From Verrucomicrobiota bacterium (GTDB lineage: Bacteria; Verrucomicrobiota; Verrucomicrobiia; Opitutales; Coraliomargaritaceae): a stretch of 64,000 nt of DNA. The notes under the pieces were generated by a model, which saw only the letters and a program-made list of their open reading frames with translations, searched no databases and was not told where the DNA came from. The stretch is taken from the NCBI GenBank assembly GCA_039815375.1, contig JBCBZJ010000011.1, forward strand, positions 1 through 64,000, written 5' to 3'. Positions 36,664 through 45,651 of the stretch are shown here, one piece after another. The translations under genes and the position numbers were made by a program. Within the stretch, counting starts at the first letter, position 1. Every line of letters starts with the position of its first letter.

Positions 36664-37740
36664 ATGAAAATAGCCGACCGATCCTCGCGTAACAAAACAC
36701 TATCTGCCGTCATTGTTATTAGTATCGGCCTGCATTTGATCGGCCTCCTTGCATTTGGCATGGTTAAGATTGCGGAATCTGTTTTCCGGGAGGAAAAGGT
36801 TTTCGAAGCTCCCCCCATTTTGGAAACGCCTGAAGTGGAACCGGATTATACCGCAGAGCTGATGGAGCGCAATCAGGAGAGTTCCCCGCCGCCACCGAAC
36901 CCAATCGTGGTATCTGATCTACAGGACATCGAATTACCTGCGCTTGATATCGACATTTCCATCGACAACACCTCCTCATATGGTCGCGGTTCCGGCGGTT
37001 TCGGAACAGGCGTTGGAGGTGGGCAGATTCGGGAGATGGCAGTCAATCTCACCGATTTCGGTTACAGTGATTATGTTGAGGGCACCTTGGAAGGAATACT
37101 TTTTGACTTCAAGAGGAACAAAAAGGGAGAATCACTTGGTCGGGCGAAATATAATGACATCCGCTCGCGTGTTTATGAATTCGCTAGCGGTAGTAATTGG
37201 AGCACTTCGGAACTTCGTAGGAAGTATTTTACCGCTGACAAGAAACTCTACGGTTCGCATTGGGTCATCGCAAAAACCCCGGCCGAAGCAGCGCCAAGAG
37301 CCTTCGAAGCAGAGGATCAGATTGCTCCTATCGGAGTCATCGCCCTCTATGACGGCAATTACGTGCCTACGAAGGGAGGTGCCATCCGCTTCTGCGGCTT
37401 GGGCGACGATGTCCTGATGGTCCGTCTCGACGAGAAAATTGTTTTGGATGCCAGTTGGACTCAGGGGTACTCAAACATGGACTTCAGCAAACAGGAAACG
37501 GGGGAAGTTTTGTTAGGGCACGTTGAGCCGATTCGCTACGGCGAGTGGATTGAGCTGGAAGCCGGCAAAACCTACGACTTGAAGATACTACTCGGCGAAG
37601 GTCCCGGCGGACTTTTTGGTGCTTATCTTTTTTATCAAACAAAAGGCGGCGATATGCGTGTTTTCTCAACCAATCCATTGACCGCTGAGGAGCGTAAGCG
37701 CGTGCGTGATATCCATCGGGATGTTGCAAATCTGCTTTGA
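36664..37740 (+). CDS. Membrane-anchored protein with TonB-like N-terminus and PA14-like C-terminal domain
   Basis: TM containing SIGLH (S-x3-H), Pro/Glu-rich linker, Gly-rich stretch, then IRFCGLGDDVLMVRLD...WIELEAGKTYDLKILLGEGPGG. Confidence 0.68.
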   Translation: MKIADRSSRNKTLSAVIVISIGLHLIGLLAFGMVKIAESVFREEKVFEAPPILETPEVEPDYTAELMERNQESSPPPPNPIVVSDLQDIELPALDIDISIDNTSSYGRGSGGFGTGVGGGQIREMAVNLTDFGYSDYVEGTLEGILFDFKRNKKGESLGRAKYNDIRSRVYEFASGSNWSTSELRRKYFTADKKLYGSHWVIAKTPAEAAPRAFEAEDQIAPIGVIALYDGNYVPTKGGAIRFCGLGDDVLMVRLDEKIVLDASWTQGYSNMDFSKQETGEVLLGHVEPIRYGEWIELEAGKTYDLKILLGEGPGGLFGAYLFYQTKGGDMRVFSTNPLTAEERKRVRDIHRDVANLL

Positions 37741-37769
37741 GCTCATCCTGACTACGTTAAAAATCTATC

Positions 37770-39986
37770 ATGAAACAAAATCTTAGCGCTGCCGTATGGC
37801 TGCTTTTGTCACTCGGCCTCCTTACACAAGTGAAGGCGAATCCTTATGTCATTTGGTCCAACGGTCCGGCTAAAAGCTGGGAGCGGACGGCATACCCCTT
37901 GGGTAACGGCAATCTGGGATGTATGATCTTTGGCGATCCTGCGAAAGAGAAGGTACAATTCAACGAAGACAGTCTATGGGTGGGCGGTGAAAGCGACACC
38001 GGTTGCTATCAAAACTTTGGCACCATTCATTTTGACCTACCTCACTCCAAATACAGCAGCTACCGACGCGAGCTCGACATCAGCCGTGCCGTGCAAACCA
38101 TCACCTACAGTTCGGGCGGCGTATCTTACAAGCGGGAGTGCTTTGCGAGCAACCCTGGCAAAGTCATGGTCTTCCGCTACACTGCGGACAAAGCAAAGTC
38201 CCTGAGCGGCAAAGTGTATATCGAGGATGCCCACAAAGGCAGCATCAAGGCCGAGGGCAATCGCATTATCGTCACAGGAGACTTGGCGGATTGGCAGGTT
38301 TACGATCGCAAGGGAAGAAAACGCACCTGGGATAACCCAACTGTCCTCGACTACGAGGCACAACTGCTCGTCATGAACGAGGGAGGCAGCCTACAGGCCG
38401 ACGGCAAAGCCATTACTTTCAAAGACTGTGACAGCCTAACTTTCCTTGTCTCCGCTGATACCAACTACATCAACCAGCGCGAAAAAGGCTGGAAGACCGA
38501 GCACCCGCACAAGAACATTACGGCAAACCTCGACCGTGCCGCCAAACAGGATTATACAGAGCTCCTGACAGAGCATATCGAAGACTACCAGTCCCTCTTC
38601 AACCGTATGAGTATCGATCTCGGCAGCAGCTCAGATCAAATACTCGCACAAACAACCGGCAAGCGCCTCGGCGCATATCAGGATGGCAGCTCCGACCCGG
38701 ACCTCGAAGAACTGCTCTATCAACACGCGCGCGACCTCATGATCAGCTGTTCACGCCCTGGCACTCTGCCGGCTAACCTTCAGGGGATGTGGAATCAGGA
38801 AAACGGTCCTCCGTGGCGCTGCGACTACCACAGTGATGTGAACCTGCAGATGAACTACTGGTTTGTCGACCAAGCCAACCTGTCGGAATGCTACAAGCCC
38901 CTGGCCGAGTGGTTTTATGCCGGACGGGAGGTTCGAAGAGAGCATACGCTGGAGCATTTTGGCAAACGCGGCATCGCAATGTTGGCTGAGAACGGTATTT
39001 TCGGCGGTAGCACATGGAAATGGTCGATCGGTGACGCATCCTGGCTGACGAATAACCTGTATTCACATTACCGGTACACCCTCGACAAGGATATCTTAAG
39101 AGACCGCGTCTATCCCCTGCTGAAAGACTGCTTCATGTTCTGGGAAGATCACCTGATTGAAATACCGGCGCCATCGGGCAAAGGCACCGTATTGGTCGGT
39201 CCCAATGGATACTCTCCCGAACATGGACCGCACCAGGATGGAGTCAGTTTCGACCAGCAGCTATGCTGGGATCTGCTCACCAATTTCGCCGAAGCCTCTG
39301 AGGTTCTAGGAGTCGATGCAAGCGAACGGACAAAGGCACTCGCGATGCGTGAGCAGCTACTCGGTCCACAAATCGGAAGTTGGGGGCAGCTTCAGGAATG
39401 GATGGTTGACCGCGACGATCCAGAGGACGACCACCGCCACCTCTCACATATGATTGCAGTGCACCCGGGTCGCCAGATTTCCCCGCTCACCAGCCCGGAA
39501 TTTGCCGAGGCAGCCAAAGTGTCCATGCATGCTCGCGGCTACGGTGGCACCGGCTGGAGCAGAGCTTGGAAAATCAGCATCTGGGCCCGCCTCTATGAGG
39601 CAGAGAAATCCTACAAAATGATCCGTAATCTAATGAGCAGCCGCACGCTCTATAGCAATTTGTTCGCGGCACATCCCCCTTTCCAGATCGACGGCAATTT
39701 CGGCTATGCTGGTGGTGTCAACGAGATGTTACTTCAGTCGCACATGGATTACATTGATATCATCCCTGCCCTCCCTGCCGCCTGGCCAGAAGGTGAAGTT
39801 GCCGGGATGCGCGCGCGTGGCGACGCCGAAGTCGATCTGAAATGGTCAGGAGGCACGCTGGTCTCAGTCACAGTCAAGGCAGGCGATCAATATCAAGCTT
39901 TGCCACTGGTTTACAAAGGTAAGCGGGTCATGCCTAATCTGAAGTCAGGTCAAACGAAAACCGTCTCCGTGGCAGAGTTCAGGTAA
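37770..39986 (+). CDS. GH95 alpha-L-fucosidase-like glycoside hydrolase
   Basis: YPLGNGNLG, QFNEDSLW, YRRELDI, PANLQGMWN, DYHSDVNLQMNYW, SPEHG, HRHLSH, GWSRAW, PFQIDGNFG, EMLLQSH. Confidence 0.95.
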   Translation: MKQNLSAAVWLLLSLGLLTQVKANPYVIWSNGPAKSWERTAYPLGNGNLGCMIFGDPAKEKVQFNEDSLWVGGESDTGCYQNFGTIHFDLPHSKYSSYRRELDISRAVQTITYSSGGVSYKRECFASNPGKVMVFRYTADKAKSLSGKVYIEDAHKGSIKAEGNRIIVTGDLADWQVYDRKGRKRTWDNPTVLDYEAQLLVMNEGGSLQADGKAITFKDCDSLTFLVSADTNYINQREKGWKTEHPHKNITANLDRAAKQDYTELLTEHIEDYQSLFNRMSIDLGSSSDQILAQTTGKRLGAYQDGSSDPDLEELLYQHARDLMISCSRPGTLPANLQGMWNQENGPPWRCDYHSDVNLQMNYWFVDQANLSECYKPLAEWFYAGREVRREHTLEHFGKRGIAMLAENGIFGGSTWKWSIGDASWLTNNLYSHYRYTLDKDILRDRVYPLLKDCFMFWEDHLIEIPAPSGKGTVLVGPNGYSPEHGPHQDGVSFDQQLCWDLLTNFAEASEVLGVDASERTKALAMREQLLGPQIGSWGQLQEWMVDRDDPEDDHRHLSHMIAVHPGRQISPLTSPEFAEAAKVSMHARGYGGTGWSRAWKISIWARLYEAEKSYKMIRNLMSSRTLYSNLFAAHPPFQIDGNFGYAGGVNEMLLQSHMDYIDIIPALPAAWPEGEVAGMRARGDAEVDLKWSGGTLVSVTVKAGDQYQALPLVYKGKRVMPNLKSGQTKTVSVAEFR

Positions 39987-40035
39987 TCCTTTAAAGTCAG
40001 ACATCCCTGAGAAAAACTAAATCGAACAGAAGCGA

Positions 40036-42390
40036 ATGTATAACACACCTCACGTCCGCATACTCCTTACCCTGCTAATTCCGCTCCTTGCTTATGCGGA
40101 GGACTGGGAACGCTTTAAGTTACATTATGGCTCCCCTGCAAAGCAATGGGAACATCACGCGCTGGCATTAGGAAACGGTCGCATGGGGGCAATGGCCTTT
40201 GGCGGAATCGAAAACGCGCGCATACAGCTTAACGAAGAATCCATTTGGGCTGGACCTCCGGTTCCCACTCCAACTGAGAAATACGGAAAAGCAGTGGCGG
40301 CTGATCGCAGGCAATGGGTGGAAACGGGGCAAATTGGGCGCAGTCTGAAGGCAGCACTGCAATCACCGAGATATATTCGCTGTTACCAGCCCTGGGGCGA
40401 CCTGTATCTTCAGTTTGAAAATCTGGGTGATGTCGAAAACTATCGGCGGGAACTTGATCTGGACCGCGCCGTTGCCACCACTCGGTTCACTAGCAACGGC
40501 GTCACCTATACACGCGAAGTATTTGTATCCGCAGTCGATGACGTAGTGATTGTCCGGCAAAGTGCATCCAAACCTGGAAACCTCTCATTTGACATCCGGC
40601 TGAACCGCCCAGACGACTTCACAACCCAAGCAAAGGGAAATGACAGTCTAGTCATGTTTGGCCAAGCCAAGCAAAAAGAAGGTAAGAATCCCGGGGTCAA
40701 ATGGAGCTCCATGCTAAAGGCCAACGTTGAGGGAGGCAGCATTCGCGCAGAAGGCAACCAACTAAAGGTCACGAACGCTGATACAGTTACTCTCTTCCTA
40801 AGCTGCAATACGGACTACAACCGTAACAACACAGCCCAACCTTACAGCTACGACCTGACCGCAAAATGCGAAAAGGCCCTGACTGCAGCGATGGACAAAT
40901 CCTATGACTCCATACTCGAAGCACATGTCGCCGAACATCGAAAGTATTTTCGCCGCTGCACTCTGGACCTTGGAGGCAAGGAAGCCGCAGAGCTATCCAC
41001 ATCGAAACGGCTCTCAAGTTACAAAGATGCCACAAAGAACAAAACCAAATCCAAGGATACCGACTTCGTTACGCTTTATTTCCAATTCGGACGTTACCTC
41101 CTGATTACCTCTTCCCGACCCGGTACGCTCCCGGCAAATTTACAGGGTATTTGGAATGATAAAATCACACCTCCCTGGAATTGTGATTATCATCTCAATA
41201 TCAACTTACAGATGAACTATTGGCCAGCAGAGGTCACCAACCTCTCCGAGTTCCATGAACCATTCTTTTCCTACATTGAGCGCCTGATCCCTTCGGGCAG
41301 GGAAACCGCCCGGATCATCTACGGCTGTGAGGGGTTCGCGGCGCACCACGCCTCGGATGTATGGCACTGGACTGCTACCCAGGGACCACGCCCCAACTGG
41401 GCCGCCTGGCCTCATGGCATTGGCTGGAGCACCACCCATTTTATGGAGCACTACCGGTTTACTGGCGACAAGGAGTTTCTTAAGGAACGAGCCTGGCCCA
41501 TCACGTCGGGAGCCGCAAAATTCTATCTTGGCTACCTTCTGGAAAACCCCAGAAACGGCAAGTTATACGCCGGCCCGGATGCCTCCCCCGAGAACACCTT
41601 TGCGGGCGGAGGCACCCACAGCATGGGGCCATCAATGAGTCAGCAAATCATTTGGGACGTCCTTACGAACACGCTTGAAATTGCCGAAGTTCTACAAATC
41701 GAGAATGCATTCGTTCAGGAAGTGAGAGAAGCATTGTCTAAGCTCTATGAACCGCGAATCGCCGATGACGGTCGCCTCATGGAGTGGTCTGAGCCCCACG
41801 GGGAAACGAAAAAAGAACTAGGCCACCGACATGTGTCTCATCTCTACGGTATGCATCCGAGTGCCAAGTATAACTATAGAGAGACACCCGAGTTCATGGA
41901 AGCCTGCCGCAAGAGTATCGATTATCGCCTGGAGCATGGCGGAGCCGGGGTTGGTTGGAGCCGAGCCTGGACCATTAACTTTTTTGCCCGTTTTCAAGAT
42001 GCCGAAGAAGCTTATAACAACGTACATGAGCTCTTTGCCGGACGCTCCACCACCTTCAACCTATTTGATCTGCACAACCGTCCGTTCCAAATCGATGGCA
42101 ACTTTGGCGGCACCGCAGGCATAGCCGAAATGCTTCTCCAATCTCACGCTGGTGAAATTGCACTGCTCCCTGCCTTACCCGAGGCATGGCCTGAGGGCAA
42201 GGCTACCGGCTTTCGAACACGCGGTAACGCTGAAGTCGATTTGGAATGGTTCGATGGCAAGCTAGTTTCGATCACCCTTAAGGCCGATCAGAATTACAAA
42301 TCTATGCCCATACGGTATAAAGGAAAAATAATTACGCCGAAACTCAACTCAGGACAAACCAGAACCTACTATGCAAAGGATTTCAAGTAG
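40036..42390 (+). CDS. GH95 alpha-L-fucosidase
   Basis: LGNGRMGAM, QLNEESIW, FQFGRYLLI, DYHLNINLQMNYW, SPEN, HRHVSHLYG, GWSRAW, PFQIDGNFG. Confidence 0.96.
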   Translation: MYNTPHVRILLTLLIPLLAYAEDWERFKLHYGSPAKQWEHHALALGNGRMGAMAFGGIENARIQLNEESIWAGPPVPTPTEKYGKAVAADRRQWVETGQIGRSLKAALQSPRYIRCYQPWGDLYLQFENLGDVENYRRELDLDRAVATTRFTSNGVTYTREVFVSAVDDVVIVRQSASKPGNLSFDIRLNRPDDFTTQAKGNDSLVMFGQAKQKEGKNPGVKWSSMLKANVEGGSIRAEGNQLKVTNADTVTLFLSCNTDYNRNNTAQPYSYDLTAKCEKALTAAMDKSYDSILEAHVAEHRKYFRRCTLDLGGKEAAELSTSKRLSSYKDATKNKTKSKDTDFVTLYFQFGRYLLITSSRPGTLPANLQGIWNDKITPPWNCDYHLNINLQMNYWPAEVTNLSEFHEPFFSYIERLIPSGRETARIIYGCEGFAAHHASDVWHWTATQGPRPNWAAWPHGIGWSTTHFMEHYRFTGDKEFLKERAWPITSGAAKFYLGYLLENPRNGKLYAGPDASPENTFAGGGTHSMGPSMSQQIIWDVLTNTLEIAEVLQIENAFVQEVREALSKLYEPRIADDGRLMEWSEPHGETKKELGHRHVSHLYGMHPSAKYNYRETPEFMEACRKSIDYRLEHGGAGVGWSRAWTINFFARFQDAEEAYNNVHELFAGRSTTFNLFDLHNRPFQIDGNFGGTAGIAEMLLQSHAGEIALLPALPEAWPEGKATGFRTRGNAEVDLEWFDGKLVSITLKADQNYKSMPIRYKGKIITPKLNSGQTRTYYAKDFK

Positions 42391-42461
42391 GACGAAATCG
42401 ACTAGAAACCTTTTTTCTAGCCTGTTGACTCAAATTAATAATTACTCCAACTCAGTTCATA

Positions 42462-44786
42462 ATGAAGTATCTTGCCCCGCTACTACTAATAGCCTCGTTT
42501 AGTAACCTATTCGCCGATGTCAGTCTCTTTAACCGTGATTGGCAATTTCGCAAAGAATCAGAAAACAACTGGAAAGAGGTAATATTGCCGCACACGGCAC
42601 ATATGGAACCATTCGTTTCCAATAGGATGTGGCAGGGTACCGCCCACTACCGCAAGACATTCGACTATAAACCTGCCTGGCAGGGAAAAAAGGTCTTCAT
42701 CGAGTTCGAAGGTGCCATGATCGTGGCTAAAATATCCCTCAACGGCGAAGAACTCACCACGCACTACGGTGGCTATGTAGGCTTCGTCGTCGATTTGACT
42801 GATGCTCTAAATGCTGGAACGAACCTGCTGGAAGTCGAGCTGGATAATCGTGACAATCCCAATGTCCCTCCCGGCAAGCCTTACTCACAATTGGACTTTG
42901 CGTGGTTTAGCGGACTCTATCGAAACGTAAAGCTCCACGTAAAGTCTCCTCTGCACATCACCCACCCACTCTATGCGAATCAAGCCGCAGGCGGCGGCGT
43001 ATTTGTCACCTACCCGGAAATCTCAGAGAGCAAAGCTCAAATTAACGTTAAGACGCACGTTCGCAACGACTCGAATACAGCACAGGAATTCCTTATTCAA
43101 CAAAGCCTTTTTCACGTAGGAGAGCAAGTCGTTGAAATGAAAGGTGACAAAGTCAGCCTAAAGCCCGGCGAGGATGCACACTACACCCAAACCATTCGTC
43201 TTGATCAGCCCAAGCTCTGGTCCATACAGTCGCCGAACCTCTATCGCCTACAAACTTCAATACTGACTGCTGGAGGTGAAGTGGATCGTATCAGCGAACG
43301 CATTGGCCTGCGTCACATCAGCGTCAATAGTGAAGGTTTTCTAATCAATGGCCGGAACATGTATCTACGTGGAACCAACCGTCATCAGGAATTTCCATAT
43401 GTCGGATACGCTGCATCCGATGAAGCGCACTTCCGGGACGCACAGAAGATCAAAGAAGCAGGATTTGACCTGATCCGACTGGCTCATTACCCACACGCAC
43501 CTGCTTTCTATGATGCCTGCGATGAGCTTGGCATTGTGCTGATTGACTGCATTTCGGGCTGGCAGTTCTTCAAAGGAAATGGACCTTTCGCCGAACGCTC
43601 CTTTGAAGAAGCTCGCAGAATGATCCGCCGCGATCGCAATCACCCCTCTGTCATTATGTGGGAAACCAGTTTGAACGAGGCACGTATGCCGGACTCATTC
43701 CTGAAGAAGATGCATCAGATAGTCGATGAAGAGTACCCAGGCGACCAAAGCATCAGCATCGCATGGAAAAACAAGTATCACGATGTTTTTGGTGCCGCTC
43801 GCCAACACGCCAAAGGGCCCAAATTCTGGGATGACTGGAGCCACAAGAACGGCATGGGGCTGCTTGTTGCGGAATACGGCGATTGGGAATACTTCGGCAA
43901 GCAAAATGCCTTCAACTTCAACCAGACCGCTGCTAAAAAGAAGGACTTACACAAGGATGAGCTAACTTCACGACAGAAACGTGAACACGGCGAAGCAAGA
44001 ATGCTACAGCAGGCACTGAACTATCAGGAAGCGCACAACCAGAACCGGCGGGGAAAATCCATTATTGGAGATGCTACTTGGCTCGTAATCGACTATAACC
44101 GAGGCAATGCACGAAATCATTGCACTTCCGGCGTGCTCGACCTGATGCGTATTCCAAAATTCGCTCTTAACTTCTTCAAAAGTCAACGGCCTGCCAGCGA
44201 ACAAAGCGATCTGTTCGACAGCGGACCAATGGTGTTTGCAGCGACCTACTGGAATGAAAAATCCGATCCTTCCGCAATTCGTGTCTTCAGTAACTGCGAG
44301 GAAGTTTCCATTTCAGTGAACGGTAAGGAAATCGCCCGCCAGAAGCCCGACCAGAACCAATTCAGTACCCATCTGGAGCATCCGCCGTTTACCTTCAATC
44401 TCGGCTCTTTCGTGCCGGGTGAACTCGTTGCCACTGCATACATTGACGGGAAACCTGCCGCCTACCATACGGTCAAGACACCCGGGAAACCAGTCGGCCT
44501 ACAATTGTTTACTGCTAAGGGCATAAAGCCGTTACAGGCAGACGGCGCAGACTTTGTCTTCGTCTATGCAGCCGTGGTAGATGCCCAAGGAATCATAGTT
44601 GACAACGCTGATAACGAACTCCAATTCTCGGTCAAAGGTGCTCGTATCGTTGGTCCGGATACAATTGCAGCCGAAGCAGGCATTAACGGTGTGCTTGTCG
44701 GGCAAACCAACCGCAAGGGTGACATTCAAGTCCAAGTAAGTTCACAAGGCCTTCAGGGGACGAGTCTCAGCCTTACAGCTAAATAA
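42462..44786 (+). CDS. GH2 beta-glycosidase (beta-galactosidase-like)
   Basis: FIEFEGAM, HYGGY, SGLYRNV, LRGTNRHQEFPYVG, RLAHYP, RDRNHPSVIMWETSLNE (acid/base), VAEYG (nucleophile), VFSNCEEV. Confidence 0.94.
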   Translation: MKYLAPLLLIASFSNLFADVSLFNRDWQFRKESENNWKEVILPHTAHMEPFVSNRMWQGTAHYRKTFDYKPAWQGKKVFIEFEGAMIVAKISLNGEELTTHYGGYVGFVVDLTDALNAGTNLLEVELDNRDNPNVPPGKPYSQLDFAWFSGLYRNVKLHVKSPLHITHPLYANQAAGGGVFVTYPEISESKAQINVKTHVRNDSNTAQEFLIQQSLFHVGEQVVEMKGDKVSLKPGEDAHYTQTIRLDQPKLWSIQSPNLYRLQTSILTAGGEVDRISERIGLRHISVNSEGFLINGRNMYLRGTNRHQEFPYVGYAASDEAHFRDAQKIKEAGFDLIRLAHYPHAPAFYDACDELGIVLIDCISGWQFFKGNGPFAERSFEEARRMIRRDRNHPSVIMWETSLNEARMPDSFLKKMHQIVDEEYPGDQSISIAWKNKYHDVFGAARQHAKGPKFWDDWSHKNGMGLLVAEYGDWEYFGKQNAFNFNQTAAKKKDLHKDELTSRQKREHGEARMLQQALNYQEAHNQNRRGKSIIGDATWLVIDYNRGNARNHCTSGVLDLMRIPKFALNFFKSQRPASEQSDLFDSGPMVFAATYWNEKSDPSAIRVFSNCEEVSISVNGKEIARQKPDQNQFSTHLEHPPFTFNLGSFVPGELVATAYIDGKPAAYHTVKTPGKPVGLQLFTAKGIKPLQADGADFVFVYAAVVDAQGIIVDNADNELQFSVKGARIVGPDTIAAEAGINGVLVGQTNRKGDIQVQVSSQGLQGTSLSLTAK

Positions 44787-44832
44787 ATTTTATTCTATTC
44801 AACAGTTATTGGAAGCGAAAGTACAAGTAAAA

Positions 44833-45516
44833 ATGAAACATATCACCAAAAACATGCGAATCCTTGCCGGTCTTGCCTTACTAACTCTGGTTAACTCCCT
44901 ATCTGCTCATGACCAGGATTGGACCGAACTTTTCGACGGAAAAACCACCGATGGATGGACGAAACGCGGCGGAGAAGCCACCTACAAGGTAGAAGACGGC
45001 ACCATTGTCGGGACAACTGGATTAGGTCCGAACACCTTCCTTTGCACAGAACAGGAGTTCGGTGATTTTGAGCTCGAATTCGAGGTGAAGTATGTCAGCG
45101 AAAAGAAATTCAACTCCGGTTGCCAAATCCGTTCGAAGGCACAGAAACAAGATAAGAAGGGCAAAACTATTGATCGCGTGAATGGCCCACAGGTTGAGAT
45201 TGAGACCGGGCCCGGACAAGCCGGTTACATCTACGGTGAGCAAATGTCCGGCTGGCTGTCTACAAACCCCAAGTCCAAGGACAAGTCAGTCAATTCACAC
45301 CAGCACTTCAAGAACGAGGAATGGAATCACTACCGCATTGTGGCCAAAGGATCGCGCATCCAAACTTGGATTAATGGCGCACAGGTTGAAGATCTGACAC
45401 ACGATCAGGCCTATGAGTCGCACCCGAAGGGCTTTATTGGCTTACAGGTTCACTCGACCAAAAACCATGGACGAAGCATCGCCTGGCGTAAGATCCGTAT
45501 CCGGGAAACAGAGTAG
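44833..45516 (+). CDS. DUF1080 (3-keto-disaccharide hydrolase-like) protein (start revised to ATG 44833)
   Basis: WTELFDGKTTDGW, FGDFELEFE, NSGCQIRS, GPQVEI, EWNHYRI, GFIGLQVH, WRKIRIRE. Confidence 0.93.
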   Translation: MKHITKNMRILAGLALLTLVNSLSAHDQDWTELFDGKTTDGWTKRGGEATYKVEDGTIVGTTGLGPNTFLCTEQEFGDFELEFEVKYVSEKKFNSGCQIRSKAQKQDKKGKTIDRVNGPQVEIETGPGQAGYIYGEQMSGWLSTNPKSKDKSVNSHQHFKNEEWNHYRIVAKGSRIQTWINGAQVEDLTHDQAYESHPKGFIGLQVHSTKNHGRSIAWRKIRIRETE

Positions 45517-45651
45517 CGCGAGCCATCGCTAAAAACAGGTCACGTCCCTCCTGTCTCCTGTAGTAAAACTTTCATTTTAGTAGGCTACATGAGGGCGTTT
45601 TTACCACCTATCTCGGTCGTCTTGCTCTTGCACAAGACAGCTGGTCTACGG

